Shown: positions 17,730 to 26,484 of the stretch, piece after piece
Position numbering within the stretch: position 1 is the first letter of the stretch
Layout: every line of letters starts with the position of its first letter
Assembly (NCBI GenBank): GCA_050251055.1
Contig: JBFWNL010000006.1
Coordinates: forward strand, 1-64,000
Length of the DNA: 64,000 nt
DNA from: Bacteriovoracia bacterium
GTDB taxonomy: Bacteria > Bdellovibrionota > UBA1018 > JBFWNL01
Direction: 5' to 3'
Notes under the pieces: generated by a model
Seen by the model: the letters and a program-made list of their open reading frames with translations, nothing else
Database searches by the model: none
Told to the model about the DNA's origin: nothing
Position numbers and translations under genes: made by a program

Positions 17730-18221
17730 TTACTGATGGAAGACTTCCGCTTGCACGGCTTCACCGACCTGCGTGCCGTTGGTCGCCTGAATAATCAAGG
17801 TGTCGCCTTCGGGTAGCCCCAGATACTGGGGATACGTGAAGGAGAATTCCGCTTGGTTTCCATTGAGCACGTTTTCGCTGACGGTCACGCCAGGGGCCAG
17901 ATCTAGCGTGCACTGCGTGCTGCCCATGCAGTTCACGGTCATGGAAGGAACGCAGGCTCCGCTTGAAGTCTGGCAAAGGTAAATACTGAAGTTCGAGCGT
18001 CCGAGGCGCGGGGTCGTCCAGGTGACCTGGGTGGTTTGCGGCGTTTGCGCGTCGACCACGCGGAACGTGCAGACATCCAGGGCATCTTTACATTCACTCG
18101 AGCCGCTGGCCTGACCGAAGTTCTTGGCGCCGTTGCGGTTCTTCAAAGGAGCCCCGCAAGCCGCTAGGACGGCAACGGTCAAGAACGCAGACATCGTTAG
18201 TTTAGTGAGGTAGTTTTTCAT
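17730..18221 (-). CDS. Cys-rich hypothetical lipoprotein
   Basis: MKNYLTKLTMSAFLTVAVLAAC lipobox; six further Cys. Confidence 0.75.
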   Translation of the reverse strand: MKNYLTKLTMSAFLTVAVLAACGAPLKNRNGAKNFGQASGSSECKDALDVCTFRVVDAQTPQTTQVTWTTPRLGRSNFSIYLCQTSSGACVPSMTVNCMGSTQCTLDLAPGVTVSENVLNGNQAEFSFTYPQYLGLPEGDTLIIQATNGTQVGEAVQAEVFHQ

Positions 18222-18235
18222 ATATGACCTTTCCA

Positions 18236-19642
18236 TTACTTCGCGCTTTCGGCGATTTTTCGCAGCTCGGCGGCCGCGGCAGTGGCAGTTTCGACGACCT
18301 GTTCGGCATTTTCGGGCTTCGAAACTTCGCGCGGATCCACCTTCAGGAGTTGCTGGTCGATCGCGGCGACGCTATCGTGGCAAGTCGTCACTTGCGCCAG
18401 CTGTTGCTCGAGTTTCTTCTTGGCTTCGGCGAGCTCACGGCGCTTGCCCACCAGGTCCGATGCCGCCTGGTGGTCGGCGCCGTAAACGGCGGCCACGCGA
18501 ATCACCGACGGAATTTCCTTTAGGTAAGACAGCTTGTGGGTCTCGTTGTAAATCTCATGCGCGGCTTCCGGCTCGATCTGGCCGAGAATCTTGTCACCCT
18601 CCTTGATATAACCATACGGGCCGTCGATGGGGTGATGGCCGTCCGCATCCATGTGCCGGCCGTTGGCGAGCACGAGGGTGCGCCGGTCGTCGAGCTTCAC
18701 TTCACCGGAGAATTTTTCCGAAGCAATTAATTTTTCCGCGAGCGGCACATATACCGACTCCGGTAGTTCCTTGCCGTCCGCGGCGGTCAAGGCCAGTTCC
18801 GATTTCAAAACCGCAGTTACGCCCTCCAAGGCATCTTTTCGAGCCACCTGACCCAGGCGGAGGGAGTCGAAATAAATCGAAAAAGGATCACGGCCTTCGG
18901 TCGGGACTCGGAAGGTGGCAAGCATCTTGTCGATATCTTGCTTAAGCTCTGGCGAGACCGTAATCTTCGCGACGCGATCCGCGATTTCCTTCAGGCTCTT
19001 TACGATGGCTTCATCGTCCGTGGCGTTCTTGGCGATGGATTGCTTGATGGACTCCGCGCGCGCGGCCATTTCACTCAGTGGTCCGCACGAACGGCGAGCG
19101 TCGAGCAGATCATCCAAGGCGTTGATGGGACCCAAGAATTTTGCGATGTCTTCCGGCTTGGCGGCTTCTCTTTTCGAGATGTCGTGATTTTCCTCGAAAA
19201 AAGTTTCTACGTTCTTGGCGCCGATAGCGGAGAAAGTGGGCTGTCCGTCGTTGCGCGTGCGTTTTTGCAGCTTCACAACCTTATCGCGCACGAGGTTATA
19301 TTGCTCGGGCGTGAGGTCTTTCAGGAGCGCGAGGACGTTCGAGATCACGCTGTCGAGGGCGACGCCCGTGCTGTTTTTGTCCTTCATGGATTTATTGAGG
19401 CTAAACACGAGCTTCGTTGGGTTATCGAAGCTTAAGATCCCGCGACGAATGTGCTCGAGCACGGGGTCGTTGTTGGTTTCGGTTAGCACCTGGACCAAGC
19501 TGTCCAGCTGGCCTTGCTTGTCGTTGGCGGCGGGGATCTTCCACTTGGGTTGGGCGACTTTCGGCTCATCGGCGAACGAACTCGCGGCGGCCGTAAAATA
19601 AGCCAGAGACAAAACCAGGGCGAATAAAGCGTGTTTCTTCAT
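18236..19642 (-). CDS. Hypothetical secreted alpha-helical protein
   Basis: MKKHALFALVLSLAYFTAAASSFA signal peptide, AGGAGAG RBS, coiled-coil-like C-terminus. Confidence 0.8.
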   Translation of the reverse strand: MKKHALFALVLSLAYFTAAASSFADEPKVAQPKWKIPAANDKQGQLDSLVQVLTETNNDPVLEHIRRGILSFDNPTKLVFSLNKSMKDKNSTGVALDSVISNVLALLKDLTPEQYNLVRDKVVKLQKRTRNDGQPTFSAIGAKNVETFFEENHDISKREAAKPEDIAKFLGPINALDDLLDARRSCGPLSEMAARAESIKQSIAKNATDDEAIVKSLKEIADRVAKITVSPELKQDIDKMLATFRVPTEGRDPFSIYFDSLRLGQVARKDALEGVTAVLKSELALTAADGKELPESVYVPLAEKLIASEKFSGEVKLDDRRTLVLANGRHMDADGHHPIDGPYGYIKEGDKILGQIEPEAAHEIYNETHKLSYLKEIPSVIRVAAVYGADHQAASDLVGKRRELAEAKKKLEQQLAQVTTCHDSVAAIDQQLLKVDPREVSKPENAEQVVETATAAAAELRKIAESAK

Positions 19643-19692
19643 TTTCTCTCTCCTAAAAGGTCTACTCCCGAACAAGAATTACGCTTTAGAAG

Positions 19693-19708
19693 AGCAAGCC
19701 GGGTGCCA
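19693..19708 (-). promoter_or_regulatory. sigma54 (-24/-12) promoter
   Basis: Minus strand TGGCAC-CCGGC-TTGCT, about 50 nt upstream of ATG 19642. Confidence 0.75.
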
Positions 19709-19726
19709 TTTGACGCACCAGATAAT

Positions 19727-19739
19727 AATCAATAATTTA
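19727..19739 (+). promoter_or_regulatory. IHF-binding consensus
   Basis: AATCAATAATTTA = WATCAANNNNTTR, between the sigma54 site and an upstream repeat cluster. Confidence 0.6.
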
Positions 19740-19780
19740 AGTGAGTTAGCCAGATGTTTGCTGAGCGTTGCCTACACAGA

Positions 19781-19807
19781 TGACAGACACCTGTCAGGAT
19801 TCTGACA
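19781..19807. promoter_or_regulatory. Phased operator/UAS TGACA-N6-TGTCA-N6-TGACA
   Basis: Three pentamers at exactly 11-bp spacing (19781, 19792, 19803). Confidence 0.6.
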
Positions 19808-19863
19808 GTGCCGCACCGCATTTTTTGAGGGAGATTTCGCGGCGATCGGGGTAAGTCAGAGGC

Positions 19864-21498
19864 ATGAAAACCGATACCCTGGTTCCCGTCCCCGCGCCGA
19901 TCAACGAGCCCGTACGAAATTACGCCCCGGGCGATGCCCATCGTGCATCATTAAAGAGCGAGTTAAAGCGGATGGCGGGTGAGAAGCTCGAAATTCCGTG
20001 CATCATTGGCGGCAAGGAAGTGCGCACCGGGAGACTCCGAAAAGTCGTGATGCCGCATGATCACGCGCACGTCTTGGCCGAGTATCACGTCGCCGGGCCC
20101 GAGGAGTTGAAAGCTGCGGCCGCGGCGGCGACGAAGGCAAAGGGTGAGTGGGAAGCCATGAGCTGGCGCCAACGTTCGGCGATCTTCATCAAGGCCGCGG
20201 AACTGCTGGCGGGACCGTGGCGCGACCGGATGAATGCCGCGACGATGCTTGGACAATCCAAGAGTGTCTACCAGGCCGAGATCGACGCCGCCTGCGAGAT
20301 GATCGATTTCTTTCGCTTCAATCCCCACTACTATGAACAGATCCTCGGCATGCAACCGGTCTCCGGGCCGGGCGTTTGGAACCAGCTCGACTATCGTCCG
20401 CTCGAAGGATTCGTGCTGGCGGTGACTCCATTTAACTTCACGGCGATCGCGGGCAACCTCACGGGAGCGCCCGCGATGGTGGGCAACACCGTCGTGTGGA
20501 AACCCGCGAATACGCAGATGCTCTCGGCGTACTACATCATGAAGCTTTTTGAAGCCGCCGGGCTCCCGCCGGGCGTGATCAACCTGGTTTGTGCGGACGG
20601 CGCGACCGTGGGCGATGTTTGCCTGCCGATGCCGGATCTCGCGGGCGTGCACTTCACCGGATCGACGGGCGTATTCCAATCGATTTTCAGGACCGTAGGC
20701 GCGAATATCGCAAACTACAAAACCTATCCGCGCCTCGTGGGCGAAACGGGTGGAAAAGATTTTATCTTCGCGCACCCTTCGGCCGAGGTGGATGCCTTGG
20801 TCGCGGGCTTAGTGCGGGGCGCGTTCGAGTATCAAGGTCAAAAGTGCTCGGCTTGTTCACGCACTTACATTCCGAAGAGCCTGTGGCCCAAGGTGAAAGA
20901 GCGCCTGGTCGGCGAGATCAAAACGATTAAAATGGGCGACACGCGCGACTTTTCGAACTTCATGAACGCCGTCATCGATGATCGTTCGTTCAAGAATATC
21001 CAAGGTTACCTCGAATATGCTTCGGGATCGAGCGAGGCCGAAATATTAACCGGTGGTCGCGGCGATTCGTCCAAAGGTTACTTCGTCGAGCCGACGGTCA
21101 TTCAGACCACGAATCCGAAGTTCAAGACGATGGCCGAAGAGATTTTCGGTCCCGTGCTCACGGCCTTTGTTTACGATGATGCCAAGTTAGCGGAAACCGT
21201 CGAGCTTTGCGCGAATACTTCGCCTTACGCGCTCACCGGAGCCATTTTCGCGCAAGACGCGACGGCAGTGACCGCTTTGACGAATTCTTTCCGGAATTCG
21301 GCGGGTAATTTCTATATCAACGACAAGTGCACGGGCGCGGTCGTGGGCCAACAGCCGTTCGGTGGGGCCCGGGCTTCCGGCACGAACGACAAGGCGGGCA
21401 GTCACTTGAACCTGCTGCGGTGGATGTCGCCGCGGACGATCAAGGAAACTTTCGTTCCGGCGCGGGATTATCGGTATTCGTTTCTTCAGGAAAGTTAA
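19864..21498 (+). CDS. pruA: L-glutamate gamma-semialdehyde (P5C) dehydrogenase
   Basis: INEPVRNY, TPFNFTAI, FTGSTGVF, GETGGKDF, FEYQGQKCSACSR, EEIFGP, GQQPFGG. Confidence 0.95.
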   Translation: MKTDTLVPVPAPINEPVRNYAPGDAHRASLKSELKRMAGEKLEIPCIIGGKEVRTGRLRKVVMPHDHAHVLAEYHVAGPEELKAAAAAATKAKGEWEAMSWRQRSAIFIKAAELLAGPWRDRMNAATMLGQSKSVYQAEIDAACEMIDFFRFNPHYYEQILGMQPVSGPGVWNQLDYRPLEGFVLAVTPFNFTAIAGNLTGAPAMVGNTVVWKPANTQMLSAYYIMKLFEAAGLPPGVINLVCADGATVGDVCLPMPDLAGVHFTGSTGVFQSIFRTVGANIANYKTYPRLVGETGGKDFIFAHPSAEVDALVAGLVRGAFEYQGQKCSACSRTYIPKSLWPKVKERLVGEIKTIKMGDTRDFSNFMNAVIDDRSFKNIQGYLEYASGSSEAEILTGGRGDSSKGYFVEPTVIQTTNPKFKTMAEEIFGPVLTAFVYDDAKLAETVELCANTSPYALTGAIFAQDATAVTALTNSFRNSAGNFYINDKCTGAVVGQQPFGGARASGTNDKAGSHLNLLRWMSPRTIKETFVPARDYRYSFLQES

Positions 21499-21528
21499 GG
21501 CGGGCCGCAAACTAGAACGGGATAGGGA

Positions 21529-22569
21529 TCAGTTTCTGAGTTGGGCCAGCTTCTGACTCACTAGGCACCACCCCGTAAGCTTATATAGCATCCGCATCCC
21601 GACGTTCGCGTCCCACTCTTCCCCGCCCACTTCGTTGAGGTCAAAGCCCACGATCGTACGTCCGGAGGCAACCAGCTCGCGCAACACGAAGTTTGCTTCG
21701 TGAAAACTGATCCCGCCCGGCACCGGCGTGCCCGTGTGCGGACAGAACGCGGGATCGAGCCCGTCGATATCGAACGACACCCAAACTTCCTTGGGCAAGC
21801 CCGCGATAATCTGCTTCGCCTGCGTGACCCAGGGCACGCCGGCGGCCTTGTGCCGGGCCATTGCCAGATCGAAGAAAACCTCTACGCGATTCCCTTGGCT
21901 CTCGGCGAACTGAAGTTCTCCCTCCGAAAAGTCACGGATTCCTACCTGTACGAGCTTCTTCACCTGGGGAATGGTTTCGAGCACGTTGTTCATGATCGAG
22001 GCGTGCGACCACGTGAAGCCTTCGTAGGCTTGGCGTAAGTCCAGGTGCGCGTCGAAGTGAAGGATGCCGAGTTCGGCATGCCGTTGGGCGGCGGCTTGGA
22101 TCGCGCCGTAAGGCGTGGAATGGTCTCCACCCACGAGGCCGACGATCTTGCCTCGCTTCATGAGTCGGTCGCATTCCTTGAAAACCACGTCGTTGAGTTG
22201 ATTGCCTAGCGCATTCACTTTCTTTAGCAGCGCGGCCGCTTGCTTTTGGCCAGCCTGGGTCGTGGGTTTTTCGCGCACTTGCTTGGCCATTCGGCCGGCT
22301 TCCCGGTTCCACGCCTTGATTTTTTTGTGGTGGGGAAGCATGTGCAGCCCGGCCGCGTAGGGCTTTTCGATCTCGTAATCAAAGAGATCGAGCTGGTGGC
22401 TTGCCTCTAGAATCGCGTCCGGACCGTTGGCCGTACCTTGGGCGTAAGAGGTGGTGGCGTCCCAGGGGACGGGTACGTAGACGACCTTGGCTTCTTCTTC
22501 CGTATAGGGCAGGCCGAAGATGCCGGAATCCTCAGTCGCCGCGGCATTGGGATCAAAATTTTGACTCAT
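21529..22569 (-). CDS. Agmatinase/arginase (ureohydrolase) family protein
   Basis: GGDHS, FDAHLDLR, SHAS, SFDIDGLDP, TGTPVPGG, DLNEV. Confidence 0.9.
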   Translation of the reverse strand: MSQNFDPNAAATEDSGIFGLPYTEEEAKVVYVPVPWDATTSYAQGTANGPDAILEASHQLDLFDYEIEKPYAAGLHMLPHHKKIKAWNREAGRMAKQVREKPTTQAGQKQAAALLKKVNALGNQLNDVVFKECDRLMKRGKIVGLVGGDHSTPYGAIQAAAQRHAELGILHFDAHLDLRQAYEGFTWSHASIMNNVLETIPQVKKLVQVGIRDFSEGELQFAESQGNRVEVFFDLAMARHKAAGVPWVTQAKQIIAGLPKEVWVSFDIDGLDPAFCPHTGTPVPGGISFHEANFVLRELVASGRTIVGFDLNEVGGEEWDANVGMRMLYKLTGWCLVSQKLAQLRN

Positions 22570-22590
22570 ATCCGAGATCTCTATCACCGC

Positions 22591-22618
22591 TCAGGTTTTG
22601 GCGCCAGGGGCCCGATAA
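22591..22618 (+). promoter_or_regulatory. Candidate sigma28 (FliA) promoter
   Basis: TCAGGTTT-N12-CCCGATAA, 7 nt before ATG 22626. Confidence 0.55.
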
Positions 22619-22625
22619 AGGGGTT

Positions 22626-22877
22626 ATGAGCCGTATCGACTTTATGGAAATATTGAAAGAACAGTACGCCGAAGAGATCCACACGGTCTACGTGGAATCC
22701 AAACGCGGCAAGACCGTGGATTTGCCCGAATTCACGATCAAACTTTTGAAACTCTTCAAATGCGCCAAGGCGGAGGGGATGTCGGAGCAGGATTATTTCG
22801 ACCTCGTCCAGGCGGAAGCGCCGCAGGTCTGGTCGCAAATCAGCTCCCAATTCACCACGGATCGCCGGGCGGCCTGA
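22626..22877 (+). CDS. Small hypothetical protein
   Basis: 83 aa, fills the gap between two minus-strand genes, AAAGGGG upstream. Confidence 0.7.
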   Translation: MSRIDFMEILKEQYAEEIHTVYVESKRGKTVDLPEFTIKLLKLFKCAKAEGMSEQDYFDLVQAEAPQVWSQISSQFTTDRRAA

Positions 22878-22880
22878 ACT

Positions 22881-24155
22881 TTACTCGCGGCCGGGCAATG
22901 CCGCCGCGGATTCAATCATCCCCCGCACGCTGACTTGTCCCGTGTAGTTTCCGAAAAGAACCCGTCCGGGTTGAGCGGCCCAACCACGCGCGGCATCCCA
23001 CGTTTCTAGTAACGCGTGATTGTAAATTGGGATCGCCGCTGGCCAGCGGAAAAGGCGGGCTTCGAGGACTTCGATCGCCGTCCCGAAAAGTCTAGAAGTT
23101 TCTTGGGTGGCGATCTGTACCAGGGTTTCGTCGGATTCCTGAAGGGCTCGGGGATCACCGGTGCCTCCGATCATCACGGTATACGAGGCGTGCGCATCGT
23201 CGATGACCCGATCTGGAAACGCGCTCGAGTTAAAAAGCACGCCTAAAATTCGATACCCTTCTCCCCGGGGGATCAGCACCCCGACGCCTCTCGGGTGCGC
23301 GCGATCTTTTCGAACAATCAAGGTAAGGCTGATCAAAGGCGCGTACTGGACTCGTTTGAGAGCGGCGACGATCGCCCCCGAGTCTGGGAACCTCAAGAGT
23401 GGGATCGTGGCGGCCGGCGCCGAGGTGCAGATCGCCACGTTATGCAGTGGGATCGCGGATAAGGCGCTATGGGCGAGCTGGATTTTGACCCCGGAGGCTT
23501 CTAGTGCGGCTTGGAGCTTTTTTATAATTTCTCCCATTCCGCCGCGAGGAGTAACCATGGGCCCGCGAGCCGGGCGTGAGGATCTGGGTTTGGTTAACTG
23601 CGCGCGCGCGAGGCTACGCCCGGGAGCGACGCTCAGCCGTGGAAAAGCCGCCGCTTGCGCTAACTCGTCGGGGGTACAGGCGTAGATTCCCGTCACCATT
23701 GGACCGACCAGATACCGTAAGGCCTTCTCACCCAGATGGCGGCGGGTCCACTCCGCGAGGGTGGGGCCTCCGACGGAGTCGGTCATGGGAGCGGTGTGGG
23801 ATAGGGCGCGTATTAACAGGCCACCCATTTCCAGAACGCCCAAAGGGAACTTGCGCAGCCGGCCTTCGCGCAGGATGTAGCGAGCGGTGGCTTCGGGATG
23901 GACTCCCGTGAAATTCACTCCGATCTCGCGCATGAACTCCATAACAGACGGTGGCGCGAGCAGGGAGTGCGCGGCCTGCTCGGCGATTCCGGTCGCCAGC
24001 GAATCCGTTTGGATCATGCCGCCGAGACGGTCGGATTTCTCGATGAGCGTGGCTTGGTAACCCCGTTTTTGCGCGTAGAAGGCAAACAGCATCCCCGCGA
24101 TCCCGCCGCCGATCACCGTGACTTCACGTTGCCGGGGATCGAGGGTGCCGATCAC
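22881..24155 (-). CDS. hemG: HemY-type protoporphyrinogen oxidase
   Basis: VIGGGIAG FAD motif, RLGGMIQT, GIYA, GVLFNS, AIPIY; last gene of hem operon. Confidence 0.88.
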   Translation of the reverse strand: MIGTLDPRQREVTVIGGGIAGMLFAFYAQKRGYQATLIEKSDRLGGMIQTDSLATGIAEQAAHSLLAPPSVMEFMREIGVNFTGVHPEATARYILREGRLRKFPLGVLEMGGLLIRALSHTAPMTDSVGGPTLAEWTRRHLGEKALRYLVGPMVTGIYACTPDELAQAAAFPRLSVAPGRSLARAQLTKPRSSRPARGPMVTPRGGMGEIIKKLQAALEASGVKIQLAHSALSAIPLHNVAICTSAPAATIPLLRFPDSGAIVAALKRVQYAPLISLTLIVRKDRAHPRGVGVLIPRGEGYRILGVLFNSSAFPDRVIDDAHASYTVMIGGTGDPRALQESDETLVQIATQETSRLFGTAIEVLEARLFRWPAAIPIYNHALLETWDAARGWAAQPGRVLFGNYTGQVSVRGMIESAAALPGRE

Positions 24156-25105
24156 AGCGCCGGTTCCGCCAGCGCCTTGAGCACTTCGGCGAACTCAGGA
24201 TCGTCATTGAACGAGCGCGAGCGACTGTAGTGAGTAATTCCTGCATTTTTCGCATGATCGGCGAAGAGCATGTCGATCTCATAAAGCGTCTCAATGTGAT
24301 CGCTCACGAAGCTGATCGGGACGATTACTAGGTTGCGGCAACCCTCGGCGGCCAGCCGGTCAATCTCGTTTTCCGTGTAAGGCTGTAGCCAAGGTAATCG
24401 ACCGTTGCGCGATTGAAACGCGAGCGACCACGGAGCCCGTAGTCCTTTGCTTACAGCTTGCACGGTTTTATTCACCTCTTCCGGGTAAGGATCGCCGCGT
24501 TGGATAATCTTCATGGGGAGAGAGTGTGCGGAAAAGAGCACGTGTACGGGCTCGGGGTGGCGCGAGGCCTCCGCCACCGCTTCGTCGACGGTCCGGCGCA
24601 AAAGCGCGATATAAGGAGGGAAGTCAGGCCAACTCGTGATCGTGGTTCGCTTCGGCCGCCAGTCCATCTTTTTGAGCTGGGTCTCCACTTCCTCCAGGCA
24701 AGTCTTGGAAGTCGTGGTCGAGTACTGAGGGAAGAGCGGGAGCAGGATTAAATGCTCGATCCCGGCGGCGCGCAACTCGTCCAGGGTTTGGCGGATCGGC
24801 GGGCGCCAGACCCGCATGCCGACGCTCACTGGCACGTCTCTTCCGGTTTTTTTTAGTGCGTGCCGCAGACCATCGACTTGTAGACGCGTCCAACGCAGCT
24901 GTGGGGATCCGCCTCCGATCAGAGCGTAGCTCCGGCGCGAGGAAGGCCCTTTGATCCGTGAAATCAAGTAAGCCAGGATCTGGCGAACGGGCGCGGGGAT
25001 TCCCACCAGCACGTTCGGGTCGGAGAAAAGATTATAGAGGAACGGCACGACTTCGTCGTTCGTGTCGGGTCCGCCGAAATTCAGGAGGAGAATGCCGGTT
25101 TTCAT
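24152..25105 (-). CDS. hemH: Ferrochelatase
   Basis: LLNFGGP, IGGGSP, LFPQYS, FSAHSLP, PWLQP, FVSDHIETLYEID. Confidence 0.95.
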   Translation of the reverse strand: MKTGILLLNFGGPDTNDEVVPFLYNLFSDPNVLVGIPAPVRQILAYLISRIKGPSSRRSYALIGGGSPQLRWTRLQVDGLRHALKKTGRDVPVSVGMRVWRPPIRQTLDELRAAGIEHLILLPLFPQYSTTTSKTCLEEVETQLKKMDWRPKRTTITSWPDFPPYIALLRRTVDEAVAEASRHPEPVHVLFSAHSLPMKIIQRGDPYPEEVNKTVQAVSKGLRAPWSLAFQSRNGRLPWLQPYTENEIDRLAAEGCRNLVIVPISFVSDHIETLYEIDMLFADHAKNAGITHYSRSRSFNDDPEFAEVLKALAEPAL

Positions 25106-26484
25106 ATCGTTTTGCTAAAAAGTTGCGTGCCTGGGGCCTTGGCCGTCAGGCGTGCGTCGAAGGCCATGCAGATGTTGCGTAAATAAGGCCGGCCGCTTTC
25201 GGTGATTCGGCACGTTTTTCCGTCAATCTCCACCAAGCCATCGCTCAAGAGCTCGGCGAGTCTTCCGGGAACGCTTTCGAGATAGGGGGTGTACTGGGCG
25301 GACTGCTCCCATCGGGTCTCGAAGCGGGTCATGAGGTTGAGGATGTGGCGACGGATCACGAGGTCTTCTTCAGTGAGTAGATGTCCGCGAATCAGCGGCA
25401 CCTCGCCGGACTCCACGCGCTGGGTGTACTTTTCCAATAATTTTTCGTTTTGGGCGAAGGCGGTTGTGGAATCGCCGATGGCCGAAACGCCCAGGCCGAT
25501 CAAGGGCGAAACCTGCTGGGGAATGTAGCCCATGAAGTTACGGTGGAGCCGGCCGCTTTGAGTGGCCTGCCAGAGGGCGTCGCTCTCTAGCGCGAAGTGA
25601 TCCATGCCGATCTCGCGGTAGCCCGCCTCCTCGAGCATCGCGCGCCCCAGCTCGTAAAGCGCGCGCTTCTCATCGCCGTCGGGCAGGTCGGCCTCCGTGA
25701 ACCGGCGTTGGCTCGCCTTGATCCATGGTACGTGCGCGTAGGCGTAAAACGCGATGCGGTCGGGGCGTAGGCGGATGACGGTTTCGATCGTGTTGCGGAC
25801 GCTGTCACGCGTCTGGAACGGTAATCCGTAGATCAAGTCATAATTGATGCTTTGGAAGCCCTTTTCGCGTGCCTCTTTTGTGAGGGCTTCCACTTGTTCC
25901 ACGCTCTGCACGCGGTTCACGATCTCTTGCACCTTGGGATCAAAGTCCTGGATGCCCAAGCTTAAACGGGTAAAGCCGAGCCCGCTGAGTACCCGTAGGT
26001 GGTCTGGATTCGTGACCCGGGGGTCGGCCTCGATGGAGAATTCCGAGTGCGTCGCGCGTTCGCAGGTGGCGAAGAGGCCTTCGAGCAACTCTTTCAACTC
26101 TTCCGGAGTATAAAAGGTGGGCGTTCCCCCGCCGAGGTGCAGCTCCGCCAACGGGTAAGTCGAAATTCCCAGACGCTCGCGGTAAGTTGCCCATTCCTTC
26201 AAAAGCGTCTTCGTATAGGGCTGGCTGACCCCGTGATTGCGCGTGATGCGGGTGTTGCAGCCGCAGTACGTGCAGAGCCGCTCGCAGAACGGGATGTGGA
26301 GGTAAAGCGCGCCGCCTTGCTTTTCCTGCTTGGCCGTCGACAGGGCACTGGAAAGATGCCCGATCCACTGCTCCGGCGTGGGATTCGTCTCCCAGTAAGG
26401 CACCGTGGGGTAGCTAGTGTAGCGAGGACCCGGGACATTATACTTCTTCAGGAGCGGCGTGGCCGCGTGAGAAGGTCGGTTCAT
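25102..26484 (-). CDS. hemN: Oxygen-independent coproporphyrinogen III oxidase
   Basis: GPRYTSYPT, HIPFCERLCTYCGC radical SAM motif, GGGTP, HRNFMGY; ATG 26484 overlaps hemE stop. Confidence 0.95.
   Translation of the reverse strand: MNRPSHAATPLLKKYNVPGPRYTSYPTVPYWETNPTPEQWIGHLSSALSTAKQEKQGGALYLHIPFCERLCTYCGCNTRITRNHGVSQPYTKTLLKEWATYRERLGISTYPLAELHLGGGTPTFYTPEELKELLEGLFATCERATHSEFSIEADPRVTNPDHLRVLSGLGFTRLSLGIQDFDPKVQEIVNRVQSVEQVEALTKEAREKGFQSINYDLIYGLPFQTRDSVRNTIETVIRLRPDRIAFYAYAHVPWIKASQRRFTEADLPDGDEKRALYELGRAMLEEAGYREIGMDHFALESDALWQATQSGRLHRNFMGYIPQQVSPLIGLGVSAIGDSTTAFAQNEKLLEKYTQRVESGEVPLIRGHLLTEEDLVIRRHILNLMTRFETRWEQSAQYTPYLESVPGRLAELLSDGLVEIDGKTCRITESGRPYLRNICMAFDARLTAKAPGTQLFSKTI

Noticed and set aside
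19963-20775. Long antisense ORFs opposite pruA (and similar ones opposite ileS, priA and mreB)
   Set aside because: Typical shadow frames of high-GC coding DNA with no recognisable motifs
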